A stretch of DNA of 55,693 bases from Clostridia bacterium (GTDB lineage Bacteria > Bacillota > Clostridia > DUPQ01), in contig JAWOHX010000045.1 of NCBI GenBank assembly GCA_046484975.1, forward strand, positions 1 through 55,693, in the 5' to 3' direction. The position numbers and the translations under genes were made by a program. The notes beneath the pieces are model-generated. The model had not been told where the DNA came from. It was given only the letters and a program-made list of their open reading frames with translations, and did not search any database. Positions 38,127-50,048 of the stretch are shown one piece after another. Every line of letters begins with the position of its first letter. Positions within the stretch are counted from its first letter, which is position 1.

Positions 38127-38989
38127 CAGGTCCCTTCCCTGGCGGCAGTATGCATGCCTGTCTTTTTCCTGTACATGTCCACCCTGCTTCTTGTTTTCTC
38201 ATCCGCTTCATATGACTCCCGCAAGAAACCGGGATTGTTTTGCACATAGGTTTGCATGAAATCCTCCGGGGAATCCATGAAGTCGGATATCATTGTGAAC
38301 TGGGCACTGCTGATGATCCCATCCAGCAGGGCCTCTGCGAACAACTCCTTGTTGAACGTGACACAGGCGTGGGCAAAAACCCCATTTTCCTGCAGGATTT
38401 CCATCCCGCCCTGGTTCCGGTCCACCATGGCCAGGGAATGGGACATACGCGCCCCTTGCTTTTCCAATGAGGGGATCCAGGCGCGGGTGTAGCTGGAGGC
38501 TGCGGTGACAAGGTCGGCAACATGGAGGATTCCTTCGCCAACAAGGTCCCTGTTCTCAATAACGCTGCTATCCCGCGTTCGGATGATTTCCCCATCCTTG
38601 TATATGGTGAGATGATCCGCGCCAATAAGGTCAGCGATGACATAGGAAAAGAACCAATCCCGTCTCTCTCCTCCTGACACAAAGGCAAAACGGCCGGGAA
38701 ACATTGCACGGACCATGGATGCCGCCTCATCCATGACGCTCCTGTACCATTCATCCTCCTTGTAGTTCCGCCGCACCTCACGGATCAGCAAAACGGGCAG
38801 CCGTTTCCTGTCCTGAACGTTGGCATCGATGTAGGAAAGGAGTTTACCCGCCTTATCCTTTCCACCGTACAGGTAATGGGTATTGATGTAGTAAGGCCCG
38901 AAATCTCCGGAAGCATACCAGAAAGGCCGGCCTTCGCCGGCGACTTCAAGGGCTTGGGTTTCAAAAAGCCTTTTTGCGATGATGTTCAT
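38126..38989 (-). CDS. Type I phosphoribosyltransferase-like protein (orotate PRTase-like, divergent)
   Basis: FWYASG..GPYYIN, SGGERRD, PRPP-loop-like HVADLVTAASS and VDRNQGG. AGGAG RBS. Confidence 0.75.
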   Translation of the reverse strand: MNIIAKRLFETQALEVAGEGRPFWYASGDFGPYYINTHYLYGGKDKAGKLLSYIDANVQDRKRLPVLLIREVRRNYKEDEWYRSVMDEAASMVRAMFPGRFAFVSGGERRDWFFSYVIADLIGADHLTIYKDGEIIRTRDSSVIENRDLVGEGILHVADLVTAASSYTRAWIPSLEKQGARMSHSLAMVDRNQGGMEILQENGVFAHACVTFNKELFAEALLDGIISSAQFTMISDFMDSPEDFMQTYVQNNPGFLRESYEADEKTRSRVDMYRKKTGMHTAAREGT

Positions 38990-38999
38990 GCCTGTCTCC

Positions 39000-41039
39000 T
39001 CATATGAAACGGTTGTCTTCAAATGTGTTTATTATTCTATCATAAATCGGTCTGTTCTCTCCAGACAATAGGCTGTCAAGGTCTTTGGCCATTTCAGCAG
39101 CCGCTTCCTGGGCTTCCTTCAGGATGAGCATGTCCTTGTAGAGATTGGCGATCTTCATGTCCGGAAGTCCATGCTGCTTGGTCCCGAAGAAATCCCCGGG
39201 CCCCCTGAGCTTGAGGTCTTCCTCCGATATGAAGAAGCCGTCGTTTGATTTCTCCATGGTCCTCATGCGGGTCATGGCGACTCTTGCGCTGCTCTGGTTG
39301 AACATGATGCAGTAGGACTTCTCCGCGCCTCTGCCGACCCGTCCCCTGAGCTGGTGCAGCTGGGCAAGGCCGAAACGTTCTGCGTTCTCGATGATCATCA
39401 GGGTCGCATTGGGAACATTCACCCCTACCTCAATCACCGTGGTGGAAACAAGGATGTGGATTTTCCCGGCGTAGAAGTCGGTCATCACCCTGTCCTTGTC
39501 ATCGGATTTCATGTTGCCGTGTATGAGGCCGACCTGGTATTGCGGGTAACGGAGGCGGAGGGTCTCGTGTGTTTTTTCAACGGACTGAAGGTCGTTTTCC
39601 TCATTTTCATTAATCAGGGGACAGACGACATAGGCCTGGTTGCCGTTTTCGATCCGTTTCTCCATGAATGAGAGGATGCGGCTCCGCTTTTCCTCCGTCA
39701 CGGAATGGGTCTCGACGGGTTTTCTCCCTGGCGGCATCTCGTCGATCACAGAGATGTCCAGATCCCCGTAGAGGATCAACGCAAGTGTCCGCGGGATTGG
39801 CGTCGCCGTCATGACAAGCACATGGGGGTTGTTTCCCTTCTTGACCAGGGTGGAGCGTTGGTTGACCCCGAATCGGTGTTGCTCATCTGTAATGACAAGT
39901 CCAAGCTTTGAAAAGCTCACACTCTCCTGAATCAGGGCATGGGTTCCGATGACCAGATGGATCACTCCCCTCTCAATCTCATCCAATATGATCCTTTTCT
40001 CCTGTCCCTTCATCTTTCCGCCAAGGTACGCAGTCTTCACACCAAGCCCTTCCATGGCTCCCCGGAGGTTCTCGTAATGCTGCATGGCAAGTATTTCCGT
40101 AGGCGCCATGAACGCGCTCTGGAAGCCGTTTTCCGCGGCATCGATGATGGCGCAGGCTGCTACCACGGTTTTTCCGGATCCCACATCCCCCTGCAGCAGG
40201 CGGTTCATGGGCGAATCATTCATGAGATCCTGCTGGATCTCATGGATGACCCTCTCCTGGGCCCCGGTAAGGCAAAACCCAAGCTTTTCCAGGTATTCCG
40301 CCTTCCTGTCGAATGCATGCATGGGATAACCCGACTTATGGATGGTGTTGTTCTTCTTGATGAGAAAAAGACCCAGCTGCAGAATGAACAGTTCTTCGAA
40401 AACAAGACGTCTACGTGCATGGAAGAAGTGGTCATTGTCTGCGGGATAATGGATGTTGCGGATGGCATATGCGGCATCCACCAGGCTGTGCCTTGACCTG
40501 AATGCCCCAGGGAATGGATCCGGGAAATCCTCAACATGGAAATCCAGGGCGTTCCTCACGCATTTCCGGATGGCGTATTGTGTCAATGCGGCTGTTTTTT
40601 GATAAACCGGCACAATAACGGTGAATGTCTTGAAATCCTGGGAGAGGACAGGGTTCGTGCATTCAAACAGGAATCCCTTTTTATGGAACCTTCCGAAGAA
40701 CCAGTATTCCCCGTTGACGATGATGCTGTTCTTCAGATAGTCCTGATTGAACCAGGTGACAAGGGCATGGGACACCCCGTCGCTGACAAGGGCCTTTGCA
40801 ATGCTTAGGTTCTTTCGGATCTTACGGTATTCAAAGGTCTGCACCACGGCACGGATGCTCACGTTGTCCCCGTCCTCCAGTTCCCCGATTGTCTTGACGA
40901 TGGAACGATCCTCATAAGTCCTCGGGAAATATCCCAGCAGTTCCTCCACCGTCCCAATCCCCAGTTTCCTGAAGGATTCAGCCCGTTTCGGGCCCACTCC
41001 CTTGAGGTATTGGATGTCCGTTTTCAGTCCGTCCGTCAT
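39000..41039 (-). CDS. recG: ATP-dependent DNA helicase RecG
   Basis: LKGVGPKR, RLLQGDVGSGKT, DEQHRFGV, MTATPIPR, QLRGRVGRG and DLKLRGPG. Confidence 0.97.
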   Translation of the reverse strand: MTDGLKTDIQYLKGVGPKRAESFRKLGIGTVEELLGYFPRTYEDRSIVKTIGELEDGDNVSIRAVVQTFEYRKIRKNLSIAKALVSDGVSHALVTWFNQDYLKNSIIVNGEYWFFGRFHKKGFLFECTNPVLSQDFKTFTVIVPVYQKTAALTQYAIRKCVRNALDFHVEDFPDPFPGAFRSRHSLVDAAYAIRNIHYPADNDHFFHARRRLVFEELFILQLGLFLIKKNNTIHKSGYPMHAFDRKAEYLEKLGFCLTGAQERVIHEIQQDLMNDSPMNRLLQGDVGSGKTVVAACAIIDAAENGFQSAFMAPTEILAMQHYENLRGAMEGLGVKTAYLGGKMKGQEKRIILDEIERGVIHLVIGTHALIQESVSFSKLGLVITDEQHRFGVNQRSTLVKKGNNPHVLVMTATPIPRTLALILYGDLDISVIDEMPPGRKPVETHSVTEEKRSRILSFMEKRIENGNQAYVVCPLINENEENDLQSVEKTHETLRLRYPQYQVGLIHGNMKSDDKDRVMTDFYAGKIHILVSTTVIEVGVNVPNATLMIIENAERFGLAQLHQLRGRVGRGAEKSYCIMFNQSSARVAMTRMRTMEKSNDGFFISEEDLKLRGPGDFFGTKQHGLPDMKIANLYKDMLILKEAQEAAAEMAKDLDSLLSGENRPIYDRIINTFEDNRFI

Positions 41040-41776
41040 GGCAGTTTCCTGTATTCTTCCAGTATTTTTGACATGGCCTGTCCGCAGGCCGCATCGATAA
41101 GCAAATTCGCCCGGTGGTCCTGGCTGGTCCTTCCCCTGTTGATCAGGATGAGCCGGTTGCCGGCATACGCGTTGACCAATGAAGCTGCCGGATACACGGT
41201 GAGGCTTGTCCCCATCACGAAAAGCATGTCGCATTCGAACAGGATCCTCCAGGAGGTTTCCATGATCATTTCATCCAGCATTTCCCCGTACAATGTTACC
41301 TCCGGGCGCACCACCCCCCCGCAGCTGCCACACAGGGGGACACCTTCACAGGCGGCAACATGCAAAAGGCCGTATTTCTGCCCGCAGCCCATGCAATAAT
41401 TCCGGTTGATGCTCCCATGGAGTTCCAGGACACTCCCGCTCCCCGCTTTCTGATGCAGGCCATCGATGTTCTGCGTAATGACTGTCACATCCTTGCCGCT
41501 TTTTTCAATCTGTGCAATGGCCATATGGCAGGGATTCGGCATCACATTTTCCCGGACCAGATGATCCCTGTAGAACCGGTAGAACAACGGTGTGTTGAAA
41601 TGGAAAAAATCCAGGCTCAGTATTTCTTCGGGTGGATATCCTTCATAATCACCCTTGCTGTAGAGCCCGTCCTTGCTCCTGAAATCAGGGATCCCGCTTT
41701 CCGTGGAAACCCCGGCACCGGTGAAAAAGACAATCCTGCCGCTTTTTTTCAGCAGATTTGCCGCTTTTTCATACAT
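41036..41776 (-). CDS. cobB: NAD-dependent protein deacylase (sirtuin)
   Basis: GAGVSTESGIPDFRS, TQNIDGLHQ, LHG, two CxxC and GTSL.VYPAA. Confidence 0.93.
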   Translation of the reverse strand: MYEKAANLLKKSGRIVFFTGAGVSTESGIPDFRSKDGLYSKGDYEGYPPEEILSLDFFHFNTPLFYRFYRDHLVRENVMPNPCHMAIAQIEKSGKDVTVITQNIDGLHQKAGSGSVLELHGSINRNYCMGCGQKYGLLHVAACEGVPLCGSCGGVVRPEVTLYGEMLDEMIMETSWRILFECDMLFVMGTSLTVYPAASLVNAYAGNRLILINRGRTSQDHRANLLIDAACGQAMSKILEEYRKLP

Positions 41777-42215
41777 GTACTTTGATGACCGCTTTTTTTA
41801 CATGGGATGGGGCGTCGATGCAAAGGGCGGGCATGTGGATATCCTCCGGGAAAAACACGGCGAAATCCCTGGGTCTCATGAACAGCCTGCAACTTGCCGC
41901 ACCCTCGAAAAAATGGATGTCCTTTTCAGGATCATACATGCCGACATGCCGCATTTCCTCAATGTTTGAAACCCGTATTTCCTCTGTACCGTATATCATG
42001 TACTGGATGTCGATGTATTCCTTGTGCCCTTCCCATGCGGACTCCTCTTTGGAGGAATAGGACTGGATGATGCAGAATATCTCCTGCCCGTCGATCTCGT
42101 AACGCCCGTCATCGAAGAATTCCATGTCATGGTCCGCCAGATAACGGAAGGCTTTTTCGAGCCGTTCACTGATGTTCCCATAGATGGGGATGTTGATCAA
42201 TGTGTCGTATATCAT
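41769..42215 (-). CDS. YhcH/YjgK/YiaL family protein
   Basis: GRYEIDG, EGHKEYIDIQY, FFPEDIHMP and VKKAVIKV. AGGAGG RBS. Confidence 0.9.
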   Translation of the reverse strand: MIYDTLINIPIYGNISERLEKAFRYLADHDMEFFDDGRYEIDGQEIFCIIQSYSSKEESAWEGHKEYIDIQYMIYGTEEIRVSNIEEMRHVGMYDPEKDIHFFEGAASCRLFMRPRDFAVFFPEDIHMPALCIDAPSHVKKAVIKVHV

Positions 42216-42225
42216 ACATGCCTCC

Positions 42226-43104
42226 TTATTCGATAATGATGCTGTAGGCGAGGGTTTCCTTTCCGAAGGCCTCCAGCTTCCGGACTCCCTCCTTTTCCGA
42301 CAATTCCTTGCCCAGGTAATTGCAGTCCGGAAGGCTGGACCAGGGCTCAATGCAGATATAGTTGGAACGCATGTACTTGGTCCAGAGGCCCAGATACTGG
42401 AAATCATCGAACTTAACCGTGACGCTTCTGTTGTTCTTCGTGTTCCTTAGGCATACCATGTGACGGGAAAACCCGTCGATGATCAGCGCATCATCCCGGA
42501 AGACTTCGTAGGAGAGATACAATCTGGAAGCCTCGTCGAATGGTACGTTCTTCTTTTTGCGGTTGACCATGATGTCAGCATCCGTCGTGTAGGTATGGAG
42601 TTCCTTCATCCCATGGAATTCGATGAAATAGTCCTCCATGCGCTCCCCTTCAAAGAGGGCCAGGTTGTAGCCCTCATGGCCACCGATCTCGTAGTACATG
42701 GGTCCATCCCCAAGGTTCTCCACCACATGGGTCTTCCTGATTTCGTTGCCATGCAGGCTGTAGATGATTCTCAGGCGGAACTTGAACGGGTAGCATGCCA
42801 GGGTGTCCGAATCATGCAAAAGGATGAATTCCACCCGGTCGTCGGAGTGCTGCACGACCTGGAAAACCTTTTCCCTGGCGAATCCATGGATCTGAATCCG
42901 ATAGGTCCTGCCGCCATAGGTGTATTCCTCGTCTTTCAGGCGGCCTACAATGGGAAACAGCAGGGGTGCCTGCCTTTCCCAGATTTTGGGGTTCAGCTGC
43001 CAGAGGTACTCCAGGTCCTCCCCCACCTTCCTGATGCTGGACAACTCTGCCCCGAGGGCGCTGATCTCCACCACCAGGGATTGGTTTCTGATTTGGTGTT
43101 TCAT
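42226..43104 (-). CDS. Aldose 1-epimerase family protein (LacX-like)
   Basis: GAELSSI, APLLFPIVGRL, HGFAR, YPFKF, GGH and ICIEPW. Confidence 0.9.
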   Translation of the reverse strand: MKHQIRNQSLVVEISALGAELSSIRKVGEDLEYLWQLNPKIWERQAPLLFPIVGRLKDEEYTYGGRTYRIQIHGFAREKVFQVVQHSDDRVEFILLHDSDTLACYPFKFRLRIIYSLHGNEIRKTHVVENLGDGPMYYEIGGHEGYNLALFEGERMEDYFIEFHGMKELHTYTTDADIMVNRKKKNVPFDEASRLYLSYEVFRDDALIIDGFSRHMVCLRNTKNNRSVTVKFDDFQYLGLWTKYMRSNYICIEPWSSLPDCNYLGKELSEKEGVRKLEAFGKETLAYSIIIE

Positions 43105-43175
43105 GATTCGGATCCACCTCCCGTCACATGAATATTATATCAAACAACCCCGGTAAATGAAAATATCAATTATCA

Positions 43176-43204
43176 TTGACACCTTGCGTGCTTTTACATA
43201 GAAT
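43176..43204 (+). promoter_or_regulatory. sigmaA promoter of the HPr-like gene
   Basis: TTGACA, 17-nt spacer, TAGAAT. A divergent TGATATAAT at 43142-43134 serves the epimerase gene. Confidence 0.7.
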
Positions 43205-43237
43205 GACTACTATGAAGAATGAAAGGAGAGAACGAGC

Positions 43238-43471
43238 ATGGTAGACAAAATATTCATCAAATTCGCTTCCATCAGCGACGTGAAGTCATTCGTGGACATT
43301 GTTTCAAAATGTTCCTTTGACATCGACCTGATCTCGGGCAGATATGTCATTGACGCCAAATCCATCATGGGAATATTCAGCCTTGACCTCAGCAAGCAGA
43401 TTCAGATCGTCCCCCATACAGACGACCCGGAGCCATTGAAGAAAAGCATTTCAAATTTCCTGGTGAAATAA
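43238..43471 (+). CDS. HPr-family protein lacking His15
   Basis: Has the Ser46 motif IDAKSIMGIFSL but no GLHARPA motif. Confidence 0.88.
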   Translation: MVDKIFIKFASISDVKSFVDIVSKCSFDIDLISGRYVIDAKSIMGIFSLDLSKQIQIVPHTDDPEPLKKSISNFLVK

Positions 43472-43500
43472 AAAAACCTCCCTAAAAGGAGGATTTTTTT
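43471..43500. terminator. Bidirectional terminator
   Basis: aaaaaacctcc-ctaaaa-ggaggattttttt between convergent genes. Confidence 0.75.
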
Positions 43501-43515
43501 CATTGGGGAATCCCT

Positions 43516-43758
43516 TCATTTCAATAGGATGTAAAGGAATATGGACGTGATCAAAAACCCAACGGCAATATAGCCGGTATATTTCTCTAGCATGGAATCG
43601 ATGGTGCGTCCCTTGTTCTTGCCGAAAAATGTCTCCGCTCCGCCGGCAATGCTTCCGGACAGTCCCGAGGCTTTCCCCGACTGGAGAAGGACCACCACGA
43701 TGATGGCGATGGCAATCAGGACCTGCAGGATTCCAACCACTATGCTTAAAGCACCCAT
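43516..43758 (-). CDS. secG: Preprotein translocase subunit SecG
   Basis: Two TM helices around VLLQSGKASGLSGSIAGGAETFFGK. Downstream of eno; GAGGTG RBS. Confidence 0.94.
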   Translation of the reverse strand: MGALSIVVGILQVLIAIAIIVVVLLQSGKASGLSGSIAGGAETFFGKNKGRTIDSMLEKYTGYIAVGFLITSIFLYILLK

Positions 43759-43790
43759 TCTGTGCACCTCCGTTTTATAAATCAGAAGAA

Positions 43791-43819
43791 AGTATAACAC
43801 ATAAACATCGTTGTGACAA
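43791..43819 (-). promoter_or_regulatory. secG promoter
   Basis: TTGTCA, 17-nt spacer, TATACT with extended TG. Confidence 0.65.
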
Positions 43820-43894
43820 GGGATTTACAGATTATTTCAACTGCCTGCGCTGAAGAGTGCGGTATGCCCTTTCCCAGGTTTTTCCGTCACATAT

Positions 43895-43924
43895 AAAGGG
43901 ACCTGCCTGAGGGCAGGTCCCTTT
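43895..43924 (-). terminator. Intrinsic terminator after eno
   Basis: aaagggacctgcc-tgag-ggcaggtcccttt, a 13-bp perfect stem. Confidence 0.88.
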
Positions 43925-43936
43925 TGGCCCGATGTA

Positions 43937-45265
<1,329 letters not shown>

Positions 45266-46786
45266 TTATTTTAAAATCAAAGATTTTCCTGTCATTTTTT
45301 CGGGTTTTTCCAGGTTCAGCAGATCCAGCAGGGTGGGTGCGATGTCTGCAAGGATTCCTTCCCGCAGATTCAGGTCACCATACCCCGCGATGATGAAGGG
45401 AACGGGATTCAGGGTATGTGCGGTGAAGACCCTTCCGTCCTCGTCCAGCATCTGCTCCGCATTCCCGTGGTCTGCTGTGATCACAGCGATTCCTTCCATA
45501 TGGAGAATGCTGTCCACTACCTTTCCGAGGGATTGGTCCACTGCCTCCACGGCCTTGACGGCGGCAGGAAAATTCCCCGTATGTCCCACCATGTCGCAGT
45601 TGGCAAAATTCAGTACCATGACCTCATATTTCCCGGACTGAATTCTTCGGATGGCTGCCTCGGCAACTTCCGGTGCGCTCATCTCCGGTTGCATGTCAAA
45701 GGTCGCCACTTTCGGGGTGTCAATGAGGACACGGTCCTCATTGTCGAACACGGCCTCCACCCCTCCATTGAAGAAGAAAGTGACATGGGCGTATTTGGTG
45801 GTTTCCGCAATGCGCAGCTGGCGCAATCCTTTTTTGCTGACATGTTCCCCGAAGGTCTGCGTCAGGTCGCTGGGCTTGAATGCCACACGGATGTTCTGAT
45901 AGGTCACATCGTATTGGGTGAAGGATATGAAATTGACCGGGAAATATCCTTTTTCCCGAGGAAACCCCTTAAAGTCCTCTTCGATGAAAGCTTTTGTGAT
46001 TGCCCGGGCCCGGTCAGGCCTGAAATTGAAAAAAACAATGGAGTCGCCTGGTTCTATGAGTTTGACAGGGCCGTTGTTCTCCCGGATGACGCAAGGGATG
46101 ACAAACTCGTCCATCACCCCGGCATCGTATGAACGCAAAACACCTTCCTCAGCGCTGGAGGCCTCCGCGCCTGTTCCCAGCACCATGGCATCATATGCCA
46201 GCTTCACACGGTCCCACATGGTGTCCCTGTCCATACCGTAATATCTGCCCATGATGGATGCGATCTTCCCGATTCCTTTTACCCGGATGATTTCCTCCAG
46301 CTCCCGGACATAGCATATTGCGCTGTCGGGAGGGACGTCCCTTCCGTCAAAAAAGCAGTGGATGTATACCTGCTTCATTCCGTTGGCTTTCGCCATGTCC
46401 AAAAGGGCATAAAGATGGGTATTGTGGCTGTGAACGCCTCCGTCTGACAACAGGCCCATCACATGGAGGGAGCATTGATTTTCCCTGCAGTTTGAAAAAG
46501 CCTCTAAAAGTTCAGGATTCTCAAAAAAATCCCCGTCCTTGATGGATTTTGAGATTCGTGTGAGTTCCTGGTAGACCACCCGTCCAGCGCCGATGTTGGT
46601 GTGTCCCACCTCCGAGTTTCCCATCTGTCCTTCCGGCAGGCCGACACTGAGGCCGCTGGCGCTCAGTGTGGTATGGGGATATATCCTGAAATATCTGTCC
46701 AGATTCGGCGTATGGGCAGCGAGAACTGCATTGCCTTCCCGTCGTTCACTCAAGCCATATCCGTCCAGAATGATTAATGCAATCAT
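45266..46786 (-). CDS. gpmI: 2,3-BPG-independent phosphoglycerate mutase
   Basis: LIILDGYG, GQMGNSEVGH, DGGVHSH, NFRPDRAR, DMVGHTG and TADHGNAE. GGAGG precedes ATG 46786. Confidence 0.96.
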   Translation of the reverse strand: MIALIILDGYGLSERREGNAVLAAHTPNLDRYFRIYPHTTLSASGLSVGLPEGQMGNSEVGHTNIGAGRVVYQELTRISKSIKDGDFFENPELLEAFSNCRENQCSLHVMGLLSDGGVHSHNTHLYALLDMAKANGMKQVYIHCFFDGRDVPPDSAICYVRELEEIIRVKGIGKIASIMGRYYGMDRDTMWDRVKLAYDAMVLGTGAEASSAEEGVLRSYDAGVMDEFVIPCVIRENNGPVKLIEPGDSIVFFNFRPDRARAITKAFIEEDFKGFPREKGYFPVNFISFTQYDVTYQNIRVAFKPSDLTQTFGEHVSKKGLRQLRIAETTKYAHVTFFFNGGVEAVFDNEDRVLIDTPKVATFDMQPEMSAPEVAEAAIRRIQSGKYEVMVLNFANCDMVGHTGNFPAAVKAVEAVDQSLGKVVDSILHMEGIAVITADHGNAEQMLDEDGRVFTAHTLNPVPFIIAGYGDLNLREGILADIAPTLLDLLNLEKPEKMTGKSLILK

Positions 46787-46797
46787 TGGTCCTCCAT

Positions 46798-48744
46798 TCA
46801 ATATTTGCTGTAATGGACAATCCTGAGGAAATCTTCTTTCTTCAGGCTTGCGCCTCCGATCAGACCCCCGTCGATGTTGTCCATGTTGAACAGTTCGTCC
46901 ACATTGTCGGGCTTGACGCTTCCGCCATACTGGATGACCATCTCATTGGCAGCCAGCCTGCTGAACAATGATGCGATGGTATCCCGGATCATCCGGCAGA
47001 CATCCTCAGCCTGCTGTGCGGTGGCAGTCTTTCCTGTGCCGATGGCCCAGATGGGCTCATAGGAGATGACCGTTCTTTTCACCTGGTCCTCGGTAAGTCC
47101 CCTCAATGCGATTTTCACCTGGTAACGGATAATCTCGTTGGTCACATCCAGTTCCCTCTGCTCGAGGGATTCTCCAACGCAGAGGATGGGAATCATGTCA
47201 TGTTTGAATGCGGTATGGATTTTCTTGTTGACCGCTTCATCGGTCTCATTGTAGTACTGCCTTCTCTCGGAATGGCCGATGATCACATACTGCACACCCA
47301 GCTCCCTGAGCATGGCAGCTGAGACTTCCCCGGTGTATGCGCCTGTTTCATCGAAATGGACATTCTGCGCGCCGATGAATACAGGGGTTCCCTCAGCGGC
47401 TCTCATTGCCTCATGGATGCAGACATAGGGAACGGCACATATGACAACATCACTGCCCTCCTGGATCTCTCCCGCTATGCTTTGGATGAAATCATAGGTT
47501 TCCTTGGGCGTCTTGTTCATTTTCCAATTGCCGGCGATTATTTTTTTTTTGTCTTTGTCCAACAGGGCGTCGATGCCGGGGAGAACCTTCCCCTCAAGGA
47601 ATTCCAGTGCAGCTCCCCCGCCAGTGGAAATATGGGTGACTTTGTCTGCAAATCCAAGAATCTCAACAGCTGCGGCACTGTCCCCGCCTCCGATGATGGA
47701 TACCGCTCCCGACTCTGAGATGGCCCTGGCAATCTCCCTGGTCCCCTTGGCGAAATTCTCAAATTCAAATACCCCCATGGGACCGTTCCATATGATGGTC
47801 TTTGCTTTCCGTATTTCTGCGGAATATTTCTCAATGGTCAACGAACCGATGTCCACACCCATCCAACCGTCAGGCATGGCATCGGATGGCACATACTTGT
47901 ACTCGGTGTCGTTTTTGAACTCCTTGATGATGATGCTTCCGATGGGAAGAAGGATCCTGACGTTTTTCTGCTCGGCCTTTTTCATGAGTTCCTTTGCATA
48001 CTCCACCTTGTCTTCCTCACAGATGGAACTGCCAATCTTGTAGCCTTTCGCCTTAAGGAACGTGTAGGCCATCCCGCCTCCGATGATGAGGCTATCCACT
48101 TTTTCCAGAAGATTCTCAATGACGCCGATCTTGTCTGAGACTTTGGCACCTCCCAGGATGGCAACGAAGGGATGCTCCGGGTTCTTCAGCGCCTTTCCCA
48201 TGATCTCGATCTCTTTCTTTATCAGATAACCGCATACGGCCGGCAGATAATCTGCGATTCCTGCAGTGGAGGCATGGGCCCTGTGTACCGTTCCGAAAGC
48301 ATCATTGACGAAGATATCCGCAAAGCTTGCCAGTTCCCTTGCAAAAGCCGGGTCGTTCTGGGTCTCTTCCTTGTGGAACCTCACGTTTTCAAGAAGCATG
48401 ACTTGGCCGTCCTGCAATGCGGCTGCTTTTTTTTGGGCATCAGGTCCGATGACATCGCTGGCCATGATGACCTCCGTACCCAAGAGGTCGGAAAGTCTTT
48501 TTGCGACAGGCTTGAGACTGTATTTCTCTTCATATGTGTCCTTGGGTCTTCCCAGATGGGAGACCAGGATTGTCTTGGCCTTATTGTCTTTAAGGTAGTT
48601 GATGGTGGCAAGGGCCTCCCGGATCCGCTTGTCGTCCGTGATCTCCCCATTCTCATTCAAAGGGACATTGAAATCCATTCTGGCGATGATTTTCTTTGAC
48701 CTCACATCGATGTCTTCGATGGTCTTTTTGTTCAGGATTGCCAT
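46798..48744 (-). CDS. pgk-tpiA: Bifunctional phosphoglycerate kinase / triosephosphate isomerase fusion
   Basis: PGK part, aa 1-~398: [34 protein letters not shown] part: [35 protein letters not shown]. One 648-aa frame. Confidence 0.96.
   Translation of the reverse strand: MAILNKKTIEDIDVRSKKIIARMDFNVPLNENGEITDDKRIREALATINYLKDNKAKTILVSHLGRPKDTYEEKYSLKPVAKRLSDLLGTEVIMASDVIGPDAQKKAAALQDGQVMLLENVRFHKEETQNDPAFARELASFADIFVNDAFGTVHRAHASTAGIADYLPAVCGYLIKKEIEIMGKALKNPEHPFVAILGGAKVSDKIGVIENLLEKVDSLIIGGGMAYTFLKAKGYKIGSSICEEDKVEYAKELMKKAEQKNVRILLPIGSIIIKEFKNDTEYKYVPSDAMPDGWMGVDIGSLTIEKYSAEIRKAKTIIWNGPMGVFEFENFAKGTREIARAISESGAVSIIGGGDSAAAVEILGFADKVTHISTGGGAALEFLEGKVLPGIDALLDKDKKKIIAGNWKMNKTPKETYDFIQSIAGEIQEGSDVVICAVPYVCIHEAMRAAEGTPVFIGAQNVHFDETGAYTGEVSAAMLRELGVQYVIIGHSERRQYYNETDEAVNKKIHTAFKHDMIPILCVGESLEQRELDVTNEIIRYQVKIALRGLTEDQVKRTVISYEPIWAIGTGKTATAQQAEDVCRMIRDTIASLFSRLAANEMVIQYGGSVKPDNVDELFNMDNIDGGLIGGASLKKEDFLRIVHYSKY
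47538..47550 (-). other. A10-TAA slippery tract at the PGK/TPI junction
   Basis: Minus strand GAC AAA AAA AAA ATA ATC. Losing one A gives AAA AAA AAA TAA. Confidence 0.7.
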
Positions 48745-48775
48745 ATTTGTTCACTCCGTGCTCTATCAGATTTAC

Positions 48776-48804
48776 AAAAAGGCCCGGAAAGCCCGAGCCT
48801 TTTT
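48776..48804 (-). terminator. Terminator-like hairpin between gap and pgk-tpi
   Basis: Minus strand aaaaaggctcgg-gcttt-ccgggccttttt with one G-U pair. Confidence 0.7.
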
Positions 48805-48817
48805 ATTTTGAAAAACC

Positions 48818-49858
<1,041 letters not shown>

Positions 49859-49860
49859 TC

Positions 49861-49934
49861 ATTATATCATTTTTACCAGCATAATCTTATATTAGTTTGA
49901 TTCTTTTTTCAACACTTAATTAAATATTTAACAA
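49861..49934 (-). promoter_or_regulatory. gap extended -10 plus an upstream Rex-like site
   Basis: TGATATAAT (49869-49861) and TTGTTAA-ATAT-TTAATTA (49934-49917). Confidence 0.5.
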
Positions 49935-49985
49935 TATATCAATGGAACCGCTCAATGCCACTGCGCCTTGTATGAATGAGGAATA

Positions 49986-50014
49986 TTGATTCTCCGGCTA
50001 TGTGGATATATAAT
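49986..50014 (+). promoter_or_regulatory. ABC exporter promoter
   Basis: TTGATT, 17-nt spacer, TATAAT. Confidence 0.6.
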
Positions 50015-50048
50015 GGTTTGGATAAAATTCATTTCCAAGGAGCGACAT

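Noticed and set aside
39000-41234. N-terminal extensions in the ORF track (recG, M18 peptidase, YhcH, trmL, kinase, iscS)
   Set aside because: They overlap upstream genes. Downstream starts with an RBS match where family homology begins.
43820-43894. Possible small RNA or riboswitch between eno and secG
   Set aside because: Only a weak short hairpin, with no recognisable RNA family motif. The flanks are explained by the eno terminator and the secG promoter.
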